DNA of 64,000 nucleotides from Mobula hypostoma. Taxonomy: Eukaryota. Both the position numbers and the translations under genes were made by a program. Positions within the stretch are counted from its first letter, which is position 1. Each line of letters opens with the position of its first letter. Under the pieces are notes generated by a model that had not been told where the DNA came from, did not search any database, and saw only the letters and a list, made by a program, of their open reading frames with translations. Below are positions 10,001 through 22,189 of the stretch, piece by piece. The DNA lies in assembly GCF_963921235.1 (NCBI RefSeq), contig NC_086111.1:30690001-30754000 (forward strand). Direction: 5' to 3'.

Positions 10001-10206
10001 ATGCATTACTTAATGTTTGATTTAGCAAAGATATTTAAATTAATGAATGGGTTTCATTCAGTATTTTGGAAACAGCATTTCTGAGAGATGGATCAAGAAT
10101 AAAGGATCTTATAATTGGAATTTTATCAATTAGTAATCAAATCAGATAGCACCTTGTCATAAAAAGGGAATTAAATATCCAAAATTCCACTACCCCTTCT
10201 TTGCAG

Positions 10207-10720
10207 CATACGCAAAATACTGGAGGATCTCAGCAGGCCAGGCAGCATGTATAGTAATGAGTACAGTCAACATTTCCATGAAAAAACCATTTCCAGGTCT
10301 CAAAAAAAAGCTGAGGAGTAGATTTTAAAGGTGGGGGCGGGGAGGGAAGAGAAAAACACCAAGTGGTAGGTGAAACCTGAAGGGGGAGGGATGAAGTAAA
10401 GAGCTGGGAAGTTGATTGGTGAAGGAAGTACAGGGCTGGAGAAGGGGGAATCTAATAGAAGAGGACAAAAGGCCATGGAAGGAAAAAAACGGGGGAGGAG
10501 TTCTAGAGGGAGGTGACGGGTGGGCAAGGAGATAAGGTGAGAGAGAGAAAAGGGGATGGGGAATGGTGAAGGGGGGGAGGCGTTAACAGAAGTTTGAGAA
10601 ATTGATGTTCATGCCATCAGGTTGGAGGCTACCCAAATGAAATATGAGGTGTTGTTCCTCCAACCTAAGTGTGCCCTCATCACAACAGTGGAGGAGGCCA
10701 TGGATAGGCATATTGGAATG
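10207..10720 (-). mobile_element. Penelope-like element 3' fragment
   Basis: Minus strand RLEEQHLIFHLGSLQPDGMNINFSNF (GIY-YIG C-terminus) followed by the PLE terminal repeat. Confidence 0.85.
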
Positions 10721-10829
10721 TAGTCGTCAGGTTGAAGGCTACCCCTTCCTTCCTCACTTTCTCACCTCCTCTTTAAATGTTTAGTGATTAAGAGTTCAAT
10801 TGACTGTATTTACGAGCTGTTTCCTAAGA

Positions 10830-11032
10830 AAGGAAGCAGATTCAATGGGTCGAATTCTTCTCATATGTCTTATGGTCTTATTAGGTTCTTGATTAGTCAA
10901 GGCTTCAAAGGTTACAGGGAGAAGGCAAGAGAATGGGGTTGACAGGGATAATAAATCAGCCATGATGGAATGGCAGGGCAGACTTGATGGGCAGAATGGC
11001 CTAATTCTGCTCCTATATTTTATCGTCTTATG
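10830..11032 (+). mobile_element. CR1 3' UTR fragments
   Basis: GGGCAGAATGGCCTAATTCTGCTCC and TCTTATGG tails. Confidence 0.75.
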
Positions 11033-11207
11033 GCAAGGAATAAAAACCTGTGGAAGATAGATGGATAATTGAAGTTAAAGCAGAGATAAGGTGTGGTCTA
11101 ATTGAATGGCGGAGTATATTCAGAAGGTAATATGGCCTATCTCCCTGGACACATATTCAGTATTCATGATTTGTTGCAAGATATTTTAAAAGAAGTTTCT
11201 TATTGAA

Positions 11208-11633
11208 CAGTACTGTCCAAAAAGTCTTAGGCACCTTGGATTTTTCTATATGGTGTCAGATGGTATGACCTCCACAGAGCCCTGATCTCAACTTCATCGA
11301 GACTGTCTGGGATTACCTGAAGAGACAGAAGCAAATGACACCGGCAAAGTCTACAGAACAGCTGTGGCAAATTCTCCAAAATGCCTGGAACAAACCACCA
11401 GTTGATTTTCTTATAAAGCTGCACCGCAGTTTACCTAAGAGAATTGATGCAGTTTTAAAGGCTAATGGTTGTCACACCAAATATTGATTTGATTTGATTT
11501 TGTTTTTTTTACTGTTTACTGTTCTTTATAGTAAATGTTTTGATATTTAGAAACCTTTCATTTCATTATGTTTGAAAGCAACTTCACTTTATAGAGTTTT
11601 CTTAAATGTGCCTAAGACTTTTGCACAGTTCTA
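11208..11633 (+). mobile_element. Internally deleted Tc1 element
   Basis: TIRs CAGTACTGTCCAAAAAGTCTTAGGCAC and GTGCCTAAGACTTTTGCACAGTTCTA; internal PPQSPDLNFIETVWDYLK (Tc1 DDE C-terminal motif). Confidence 0.85.
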
Positions 11634-12051
11634 CACATTGTACAAAAGTGAAGGACAGGAAAACAAAATATTAATCAATATATTCTCTCTCCATGGTAGC
11701 ATCTGGAGGAACAATGAACTCTTGTGGGGGCCTTAGTCCAATGATTATTATTCATTGATGAAAAATGATGTGTAGCGGCTACAGTATTAAGATTTTATGT
11801 CAATGAGCTTTTATTGACACCACATGGGAATATTTGTCTGGTCATAGTGAAGGTGCTAAGCAAAAACAAGACCTTCTTCCAAGGAAGCAGGTAGAAATTT
11901 GGAGAGTTGGTTAAACTGTGTTTCCCTCATACATCCTGTGAGAACTAGTTCCAGAAGTATATTGGCCAATCAGCAAATTAGAGCATAAAAAATGAAGACA
12001 CAGAAAGAGGCCAGCTGGCTCACGGAGTCCATGCTAAATCTATGTACATAA

Positions 12052-12430
12052 AATTCAAGTTCAATGTTCAAAGTAAATGTATTATCAAAGTACTTATGTG
12101 CCATCATACACTGTACTACGCCGCAATACATTTTCTTGCAGGAATTCACAGTAGAAAAAAGAACTATAATTCATGAAAAACTACAACAAAGACTGGCGAA
12201 AACCAATGTGCAAAAGAAGATAGACTGTGCAAATACAAATAAAGGAATAAGTAAGTAAAGAATACCAAGAACATAAGTTGCAGAGTCTTTAAAAGTGAGT
12301 CCATCGGTTGTAGAATCCGTTCAGTGTTGAGGTGAGTTAAGTCACGGTTGAAAGGTAATAACTGATCCTGAACCTAGTGGTGTGGAAACAGTTATTATCC
12401 TTCAACCATCAAGCTCCTGAACCAGCATCC
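12052..12430 (-). mobile_element. Rex1/Babar-type LINE 3' fragment
   Basis: TTCAAG-type tail and CAAAGTAAATGTATTATCAAAGTAC match the reverse complement of the 3' UTR at 32400-32563. Confidence 0.6.
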
Positions 12431-13101
12431 TGAACTAATGCTAGCAAGAGAATGTTTTTATAATAACAGTGAAAACAAAGGTATATTCTCTTCATATTTT
12501 CTTGTAACTTTCCTCTCATTGGCTGAATTTGTGTAGCCCAGCATAGCAAACAAACTTTCATAAATCCTGCCCAAAAATAAGAGCATCTGATGTGGGCAGA
12601 ATATTCCATTCCACTACCTCAATGAGAAACATGGCAGACTTACAGATATAGAAACAAGGAAACAAAACAATCTCTAATCTTCCAGCAGGGAACGAAAAGA
12701 CATTCCAGTACAATAAAGTACATGTACAATCAAATCAGATACATTTTAGGATGAAAATGAATCCCAACTGTTTAATTCTTTTTTATGTCACAGAATAAAA
12801 TGATACTTCAGTGGAACTGATGTTATTATTGTCTATGTTTGCTAGGAACTTGAATCCAGATTTTCCACTGTGTAGACTTTAAAGAGCAATGGATTGCCTA
12901 TTATAGATCTATGAAAACCTGTGCTCCAGTTACAGAGGGCCTAATCTTCATTTGTTCATCAAAAATTTTTTGATTGCACTGAAGTATTCTTCCACATTCA
13001 CAGCAGTCTTCATTCCTTTTGGCAATGAGTAGTGTTTTTGGTCAGGCATTTGATCTGGAGAGGTAGTCGAAAAATAAATATCTCTTACATTTTGTCCTTT
13101 T

Positions 13102-13123
13102 CCCATCCATCCATCCATCCATC
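13102..13123. repeat. (CCAT)n microsatellite
   Basis: Seen directly. Confidence 0.9.
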
Positions 13124-13942
13124 AAACTACATTTTCACCATTTCCATAGAGTCACTGCTCTAACTGCACTGCCCAACTTCACTTCACTCCTCACTGTCAC
13201 TTTCCTACTGTTCCCCTCCTCACTTCAGTCATAGGATAGGGAATGTGGAGGTTATATTAGGACTGATTATTTTGCCTTTGATCCCCTTGCTGTTCAGGTG
13301 GAAGACAGAGTTGTTCAGCCATATCTGAATGATGGACAATCAGTCTGACAATGCAGTAGTCATAAGAGTTGGGGGAGAGCTGGAACTGAGCATTGCCCAT
13401 GCAATTGCATGATTAAGAGTTGTGCAGAAGATGCACATTGATTGTAATGGCATGTTCTCTACAAGGACACGGTCAAAGAAGGTTATGTTCTGATAAGGTG
13501 GTGATTTTCAGTGACATTCAGACTGAGGTAGCTTTTATGACTGAAACTGAAAGAGAGAGACCTTAGGCAGAAGAAATTACCCACAACTCTTTTTACAGAG
13601 GGAAGAGAATTTTAATTATCAGCAGCTTAATAGAACTGGAAACAAGAACACAAGATTTATGCCTCAAGGATTAGATTAGATATCAGAGGAAGGCTAAGGG
13701 AAGATATGAAATTACGAAAAGAAGATCATGAGAGTGTGGAAGGGTGAAGCCGGTTGATTTGCACAATAATGAATCATTATAATGGAGAGATGGGTAGCAA
13801 ATATGAGACAGCCGATCAAATAGTTTCAATTTTGCTCATAGAAAGCTCTTTACACTTACTAAAGGTGAAGAAATGGTTGCTAGTAAAATACTCCCAGGTG
13901 AGACTAATCACCTGAGATTAGATTGGAACTGGTGACATTGTT

Positions 13943-13977
13943 GTGTGTGTGTGTGTGGGCGCGCGCGCACACGCACA
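13943..13977. repeat. (GT)n/(GC)n alternating purine-pyrimidine tract
   Basis: GTGTGTGTGTGTGTGGGCGCGCGCGCACACGCACA. Confidence 0.85.
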
Positions 13978-15080
13978 TAACTGTCTTGGCATTATTATTT
14001 ACCTTATCATGTACATGTACTTACATGACAGTCTGTGTGAATTCAGACACAGGCATGTAGTGTGAAGTGTTTCCCTGTCCCAGTTGCTCTCTGGAGTTTC
14101 ATGATTATTAGTGAAAACTTAAATAGAACCATGCTCTAATGTCTTTCAGTCTCATTACCAGAACAAGTTCACAGCCAGGAGAGATGATTGGAGTAAATCC
14201 AAAGAGAAAATGATACAGAAATAGAATATATTTCAATTGCCAGGCTTAAGTCATTTCTGGACTATTTTAAACACTTTTATTCCTGTAGTTCTACATAGTG
14301 CATACCAGAAAGTGTCTTCAGGTAAAACGTGTTTATCAGAGGCTACAGTCTTTATCCAAATAATTTTGTGCAAGATTTGTTGAGCAAATGTTGGCTTTTG
14401 AGCAAAGCAAATCCACATTTGCTGACTTTGATTCCCAAATTCTCATCTTGCCCCTCACAACGTTCCTTGTTCTCATCACTTCCCATGTCTGTAATTTCCC
14501 CACCTTACAATGCATTGAGGTTTCCCCTAAATATGATCTCCTGTGCATCCTGAATTTAATCTTTCCACTATTGGGAATTCTGCCTTCAATTGTTAGCTGC
14601 TTGATGTTCTGGAGTTTCATTTCTATATTACACAGTTTCTTTTTCCTTCTTTAAGAAGTGCCTTATAACATAATGTCTGCTCCAACAATCTAATCAAAGG
14701 ATAAAAAATTGCCACAATCCTCTATTCTTCTTAATAACCACACAAGATTCTTATGTCTGAGGTCACAGATCAGGCAATGAGTTAATGTTTAGCCTGTCTG
14801 GCTCTGTGGCACAGCCTCAGTACTACACTTAGGGTTCAGCCTAGGTTACATACTCAGGTTTCTAGAGTTGTAATTGGGCTTCTTTGAAAAGATGAGAGTC
14901 TGTTCCAAAAATAGAAATTAAATGGACTCAACTCATGATTCACATTAAGGAAGTTCTATAAATAGAATAAAAACAACTTGACTTTATTTTGCCACTTTGA
15001 GTGTAGTAAAGTATCCTAGCACATGATTTGTGATCACTTTGAAACAAAATTTGATTACTTAGCCAGAAGACAGAAAGCTT

Positions 15081-16680
15081 TCAAGTCAAGTCAAGTCAGG
15101 AGAAGTTTATTGTCATTTAACTGCATACATGCATACCATATAATGGATATAGAAATGAGACAACGTTTCTTCAAAACAGGGTGTAAAGCTTAGTAGTACA
15201 CATAACACACAATAACTTCTGAAGGTAAGAATACAAGCTACACATAAATAACAAACTAATATGCATTAATATTAAAATTTGTAAGGTGCAGATCAGATTA
15301 GCTAGTGACACTTCGAATCACTAGCTAATCTGAGTTCAGAAGTCTAATTGCCTGGAGGAAGAAACTTTCTCATCCTGACCATTCTTGTTTTTATGCATTG
15401 TAGTCTCCTGCCTGGTGATGTAACATCAAAGAGGATGCTGGATGGATGCATAGGAACCTTAATAATACTAAGAACCCTGCATATGCAGTGCTCCTGATAA
15501 ATGTCCCAGTGGATGGTAGGATGCCAGGGAGACCCCTATGATCCTCACTGTCCTTTGTTGGAACTTCCGGTCCAACGCTTGACTGTTCCCATACCAGATG
15601 GAGATACAATTTGTCAGGACATTTTTAATGGTGCTCCTGTAAAATGCAGTTAAGATGAGGCGGGGGGGGAGGGGATGTGGGAGCTTTGCTTGCATAAAGC
15701 CCGGTTTATACTTCTGCGTCAACGCGTCGCCGTAAGGTCTGCGTTGCCGCAAACCCTACGCAAAGCCGACATGGAACCCTACGCGAGAGCTTGCGTCGCT
15801 GTGACACGCACCGCTCCCAAAATGTAACCGCGCGTCGCGGCAACGCAGAACGCAACAACTGTGATTGGTCCACCTGGTAGCGTCGCACGTCATCCTACGC
15901 TGCAATAGCTTCCCATTGGGCGACTGAAGGGCAGGGAAGGAACTCTGGCTGCAATGCTTTCCATAAAGCTTTACAGACCTCCGAAATTATGCAGGACACA
16001 TTTTACACGAAAAAAGACGCTCACGACTTGTTTACCCCAAGGCTACCACGACCGTGAAGCCTTGTGCGGGCAGGTGAGTGCGCATGAGTGACGTGCGCGA
16101 ATTGCCGAGTGACGCAGACAAACCAAGGCACAAGTATAAATGCTCACAACGCGCGTAGGCCACTTGCGTAGGTTACGGCTTCCAGTTAACGCAGAAGTAT
16201 AAACCAGGCTTCAGTCTTCTTAGAAAGTAGAAGTGTTGCTCTGCCTTCTTGTTCAGGGAGGTGATATTAAGTGACCAAGTGAGGTCATCCATGATGAGAA
16301 CTCCCAGGAACTTGGTGCACTTAACTCTCTCTGTGGAGGAGCCATGTATTCGCAGAGAGGGATGGTTTGTCTGCAGCTTCCTGAAGTCCACAATGATCTC
16401 CTTTGTTCAGGTTTAGCTTTTACTTCTCACATCAATCCACCAGAGGCTCCACTTCCTCTCTGTACTCCGTCTCATCATTCTTGATAAGGCCAACCACTGT
16501 TGTCTCGTCTGAAAACTTGATAACACAATTTGAGCTGGATCTTGCAACACAGCCGTGCATCAGCAGTGTGAACAGCAGCAGGCTGAGTTTGCAGCCGTGG
16601 GGACCACCAGTGCTCAGCGTAATGGAATGAGAGACATTGCTGCCCACATGGACTAAATGTGGCCTTACTGTTGAATGTCC
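15081..16680 (-). mobile_element. Rex1/Babar LINE, split by a Harbinger MITE
   Basis: (CAAGT)n tail; RT peptides STGGPHGCKLSLLLFTL...IKFSDETTVVGLI, KFLGVLIMDDLTWS and AFYRSTIKNVLTNCISIWYGN. Confidence 0.85.
15698..16210. mobile_element. Non-autonomous PIF/Harbinger element, copy 1
   Basis: TIRs AGCCCGGTTTATACTTCTGCGT and ACGCAGAAGTATAAACCAGGCT; 3-bp TSD TAA/TCA; transposase fragment on the minus strand. Confidence 0.88.
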
Positions 16681-16879
16681 AATAGCCAATATCTAATATA
16701 TAATGCTTTATAATTTATAACCATGAAAAAAAATCTTTCAGCTATAGATCTGATAGATGGAGAGCCATCCACAAATTTAGGGCCTTCTTTCTCTGAAAGG
16801 TGATTGGTATCCAAATATTTTATTCATAGTGTATGGCCTAAATTGCCAAAACATCAAAACAGAATGACCTTAATTAAAT

Positions 16880-17124
16880 CACAAACAAGAGAAAATCTGC
16901 AGATGCTGGAAATCCGAGCAACACACACAAAATGCTGGAGGAACTCAGCAGGCCAGGCAGCATCTATGGAAAAAAGTACAGTCGATGTTTCAGGCCATAA
17001 CCCTTCAGCAGGACTGGTGAAAACAAACTGAGGAGTAGATTATGGACCGAAACATTGATTGTACTTTCTTCCATAGATGCTGCCTGGCCTGCTAAGTTCC
17101 TCCAGCATTTTCTGTGTGATGCTC
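16880..17124. mobile_element. Penelope-like inverted terminal-repeat pair
   Basis: AAATGCTGGAGGAACTCAGCAGGCCAGGCAGCATCTATGG and its reverse complement; mutated hammerhead core (CTGCTGA); degenerate TSD GACCTTAATTAA/GACCATCATTAA. Confidence 0.8.
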
Positions 17125-17289
17125 GACCATCATTAATATGCAGCTTTTTGGAGCATCAGACTTTGTACGGTGTATGAAGAACTTCCTAACACTAGCAGCC
17201 TAGGAAATGAGACATACAATCGTTACACAGAAAGCTCCTACAAAGAGAGCCACCCTTGTTTAGAAACGATGATTTCAGGATACATCCTG

Positions 17290-17672
17290 GAGTATGTACT
17301 CCAAGAAAAACTCAATCATTCTTTCTGATATTTCTTGGCATCTTTTACATCCCACTGCAATGGTGCCTTGGTACATCTAAAAGATGGCCTTTCTAACAGT
17401 GTAGCCTCTTTAAATTTTGAAATAAAATTCAAAGTAATACCAGAAACACCCTGCAGATAAGGAAGCATCTGGAAAGTAAGAAAGTGATAAAATTCTGCTT
17501 CTTTCCATAAGATTTCCTGTCTATTTCTTGAATTTTTCTCTTTTATTTCATGCTTCCAGCATTTGTGTTTTGATATCGGTCTGGGTCTTTTGTACTCAAG
17601 TCTCAGGAGTGGTAATTAAATTTATAACCTCAGGATCAGAGGTGGAGGTATTACCAAATGAGCCATAGCTAA
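17290..17672 (-). mobile_element. Deu-domain SINE split by an old PLE remnant
   Basis: GGCATCTTTTACATCCCAC...CATCTAAAAGATGGCCTTTCTAACAGTG, then GTACTCAAGTCTCAGGAGTGG...TGAGCCATAGCT. Confidence 0.5.
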
Positions 17673-18477
17673 TTAGCCAGTAATATCTCCTTACATTGAC
17701 AGTCAGTGTTTTGACTGAAATGAGTCAGTAGCACCTCTGTGATTTGTCCTAATAGTTGGTCCGGAATTTCCGGGATACTGAGACCCTGTGCTCACTGTTC
17801 ACCTATCTGCTAAGCTGCTCTTAGTTCGTGGGGAACCTTCAGTGAGAGCTTCCCGAATGAGGCTTTGTCTGGCTTGCAGGGCCCTGTGTGGTGCATTGGC
17901 CGACTGAGTGCAAATTCCACTTTTTACAGATGGTTAAGCTGCATCTTAGGCTATACCAGCTGTCAAGCAGTTATATCCTGCTTATTAATGCCTTTTGAAA
18001 CTTAATCACACTATTAACAAAAAAATAACAATTACATTCCCTAAAGTAGAATTGAATGTGCAAAACCAATTAGCTCCCTTTTGTAGCATAAAATAATTAG
18101 TTTACAGTTCTTACATGAAAGTTACATTGTAAATTATGTTTCTGTATAATTGTATATTATTCTCAGTAACTAAGTGGTTGAGAAAAGTTCTTCTTTCTCC
18201 AGATATATGGGGTCCAAATTGGAGAGGTTAGAGGAGCACTTACAGGGAATGCAATGAGTGACTTATGACACCAGTGTTAACTGAGCTCCGCATTGGAGAG
18301 CCTCTTTAATAATTTCTGTATCCATTCATTACAATTTTTGCTTTTGACTACCTTCAGTGATATAGTAATGGACTCAATATTGTCTGCAATATGCACTTGT
18401 GCTCATGCTTGCTTGTCCTGCTTAAAGTCTTGCTATAGCTTTGAAATGAGGGGTGCATTGAATCATGACCACAAGAG

Positions 18478-18810
18478 CTTTTGCAAATACTGGAAATCCA
18501 GAGTAACACACACAAAACGCTGGAGGAACTCAGCAGGTCAGGCAGGATCTATGGAGAGGAATGTTTCGGTCTGAGGCCCTTCATCAGGACTGGAGAGGAA
18601 GGGGGAAGATGCAGGATAAGGAGGTGGGGGGGACGAGAAGGAGTACAGCTGGAAGATGAGGGGGGGAATAGGTGGGTGGGGAGGACGGGTGAACTGAGAA
18701 GCTGGGAAGTGATAAGTAGAAGAGATAAAGGGCTGAAGAAGAAAGAATCTGATAAGAGAGGAGAGTGAACATGGGAGAAAGGGGAAGAGGTGGGGCACCA
18801 GAGGGAGGTG
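18478..18810 (-). mobile_element. Penelope-like 3' UTR/terminal repeat
   Basis: PLE terminal sequence; CTGATGA...GAAAC core on the minus strand at ~18560-18592 with a damaged cleavage region. Confidence 0.8.
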
Positions 18811-20628
18811 ATTGTTCTGGTACTCGCAGCTGATCAGAGAGTGAGTTCAGCCTGGCACAGGGGATATTCTTACGAAGCAGGTCTGGAAACCTGTTGGAGA
18901 ACGTGATAAGAAACAATATAGTTAAGGTAGACTGGAAGCCCTATAGCCACACTGAAGTGTGCATAGGAGTGACTATGGGAGAATGTAGGCCATTCAGCCT
19001 ATTCAATGGCTGACCTATTACAATATTATTTTCCTTCACTACATGCATATACCTTAATTCCTTTACACCAGAGACCTATCTAGTTGTTCAATGACTGGGC
19101 CTCCAAAAGAACAAAGAATTCCCAAGTTTTGCTACCAACAAAGCTATATTTTCCAAATTTCAATCCGATATGGCCTAATTTGAGACTTGTGACCTCTGGT
19201 TCTAGACCACTCACCCTGGGGTTAAATTCACTCAGTACCTACCCTATAAAGTCCTCTAAGAACTGTGTATGTTTCAGTCAGATCAAATCTCATTATGTGA
19301 CAGACCTACCACACTGGAGGAGGTCGCTGCCGTGGTGAATGCAAGATGCCACCCAAGAACCAGAGGAAGTTTTGGTGACATCGCATGTAAGGGTCTCATG
19401 GTGGTGGGGCGTGTTAATGAGTGGAGGTGTTGATCAGTCTGATGGAAAGTAGCTGTTTCTGAGTCTAGTGTATATAAACCCAGATATGTGCCCAACATTC
19501 ATGCCCTTCACTAAATGTGCTCTTGGTCATGGTTAAGCCCGACCTCCAGCCTGCATACTCTTTCAGCTCTTCAGTCTTAGTATACACATCAGAACAGTTC
19601 CTGAAACACCCAAAGAGTGGACATGCCACCTGATTCCATTGTTCTCCCACCTGAAATAATGCAGATAAGGTTTACTGACTAAGGGAAAAACAGGTGTTGA
19701 TCACACTTTCACAAAATTAAGTACCTATTAAATTCAGAAAGGAGTTATCAATTAGGCACTGGTTTATATAATTCATAGAGGTTGCTTGTTCTTTAATATA
19801 ATGGCATAAACCATTTTAAAGTCCTTTATCTTTTGACAAATCATAGATCATGGCAAGAAATTGTATCAAAATGAGTTTGAATACTCACAAGTTTTTTTTT
19901 CCATTTTGACAGTATTGAAGGAGCCAATAATGAGTCAACTCCGAGACAAAGTACCGTGAATCAATCTTGTAACACCACTTCAATCCAATTTTTGTTGCTT
20001 TTCCCCTTGATTTCTTGATGTGGCAAGGAGGACAACACTGTAATCAAGCTATAATTTTTAAATTGTATAGTTGGGAACTCTAATATTGAATGATCCAAGA
20101 ATGCTAACTTTGTGAGATATGCTGAGATCCTAAGAAATGAATAAAGTTTTAAAACATGCCAACAGCAAATAGGATATCATTGGTCAAGACCCAGTGCATG
20201 TTGGTGGAGCATAACATTTATTCAGAACTTCGATCAAAGGGTATCTTAGAAGCCTTCATAATTGAGATTCTAAACATTTAAGCCAAACCTAAACTTTTGT
20301 CTGGGGCAATATTTTCATAAACATGAAGTTGATGAGAGCCCAGATCGCTTGTCATTTAAAATATAGTCTGTTTTTTAATTTATCTACAGAACTGAAGAAC
20401 TGCACATCTTTTGCATTATATTCCATCTATCATGACCTCACCTGTTGCCTTAGCCTATGTGTGTCACTTAGAATTCTTTAATTATTTCTGTATTCTCTTC
20501 ACAATGCTCACCTCAGCAAACACAAATATGTTTCAGCTGGTTCTTTAATCAAGATCATCGATACAGTTAGTGAAGACTGAGGGCCTTAACACCAATCCTT
20601 TTTGGTAGAATATTAGTTGCACACTTCC

Positions 20629-20779
20629 NNNNNNNNNNNNNNNNNNNNNNNNNNNNNNNNNNNNNNNNNNNNNNNNNNNNNNNNNNNNNNNNNNNNNNNN
20701 NNNNNNNNNNNNNNNNNNNNNNNNNNNNNNNNNNNNNNNNNNNNNNNNNNNNNNNNNNNNNNNNNNNNNNNNNNNNNNN
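20629..20779. other. Assembly gap (151 N)
   Basis: Run of N. Confidence 1.
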
Positions 20780-21067
20780 CTGACCTGCTGAGTATCTGAA
20801 AGACCTTGCAGAGAGGAAGCAGCAGGAGTATTTCTCCTCAGGTTAGAGTCTAAAATTATTTTCCAAATAAGTAGACAAATTAAGTGATGAGACGTAATCT
20901 CTTCTCTCTCAGAGACTTGCAAATGTTTGGTAAATTCCTGAGAGCTATGAATACCCAGTCATTAAGTCAATTCAAGGCAGAAACAGACACACTTTTGGAT
21001 AATAGGGGTATCAGGGACAACTGGGATAAGGACAGGTAAAAGCTACAATCAGATCAGCAATGATCTT

Positions 21068-22115
21068 ATTTATTCATTTAGTGCAGGGGTCCCCAACCTT
21101 TTTTGTACCGCGGACCGGTTTAATATTGACAATATTCTTGCAGACCGGCCGACCGGAACAGAGTGCTCAAGTAGGGTTAAACTCACCTCAACATGTCTTT
21201 TACAGTTAGGGTTGCCAACTTTCACACTCCCAAGTAAGGGACAAAAGTAGCAGTCAAATCCTGGGACACTTTACCCCAGGAAAGACCACCATGACCATGA
21301 AGCCTCGCGCGGGCACCTGTGTGCGCATGCGTGATTGAACATGTGATGTGTATATGTGCGTACGTGCTGATTTTTTCTCCCCCCACAAATCACTTTTGCC
21401 TTCATCTTCCCGACTATACTGGACATACATTATTTCTACTTTATATAGGCTGTGTATTTATCATATCATTCCTGCTTTTACTATATGTTAGTGTTATTTA
21501 TTTTTGGTTTTATCTGTTATTTGGTATGATTTGTTAGCTTATTTTTTGGGTCCAGGAACGCTCAAAAATTTTTCCCACATAAATTAATGGTAATTGCCTC
21601 TTCGCTTCACGCCAACTCGGCACAAAAGGTTTCATAGGAACGCTCTGCCTCAGCGGGGGAAATACCGGACAAACCAATTTAGCCCAATATACGAGATGTC
21701 CCAGCAAATACGGGACAGTTGGCAACCCTACATTCAAGTTCAACAGTGTGTGACAGGGAATCAGGAAAAGGTGCAACTGACTCATATCGTTTCCTCGCGG
21801 CCCGGTAGCACATGCTTTGTGGCCCGGTGGTTGGGGACCGTTGATTTAGTGATACCGCATGGAGTAGGCCTTTTGAGCCATACTGCCCCAGAAACACCTC
21901 CCCAACAAATCCAGTTAACCATGGGACAATTTACAATGACCGATTCACCTACCTGGTAGTACCTTTGGACGGTGGGAGGAAACTGGAGCACTAGTGTAAA
22001 CCCATGCATTCCATGCGGAGGGCGTACAGAGACTCCTTACAGGCGGCGCCAGAAATGAACTCATAACTTCAAAGCCATGAGCTGAAATAGCATTGCACTA
22101 ACCACTACGCCACTT
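21068..22115 (-). mobile_element. V-domain (HE1-like) SINE split by an hAT element
   Basis: GGTGGGAGGAAACTGGAGCAC...AAACCCATGC (V-domain reverse complement) and tRNA head GCACTAACCACTACGCCAC. Confidence 0.75.
21084..21843. mobile_element. Non-autonomous hAT (Charlie-like) composite element
   Basis: TIRs CAGGGGTCCCCAACC and GGTTGGGGACCGTTG; perfect 8-bp TSD ATTTAGTG (21076-21083 and 21844-21851). Confidence 0.92.
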
Positions 22116-22189
22116 TGGCATCCATTCTTACTATTATTACTGAATAGTAGTCAAGGCTCAAGGCAGCATATGTTCTCCTCTGCCACAAT

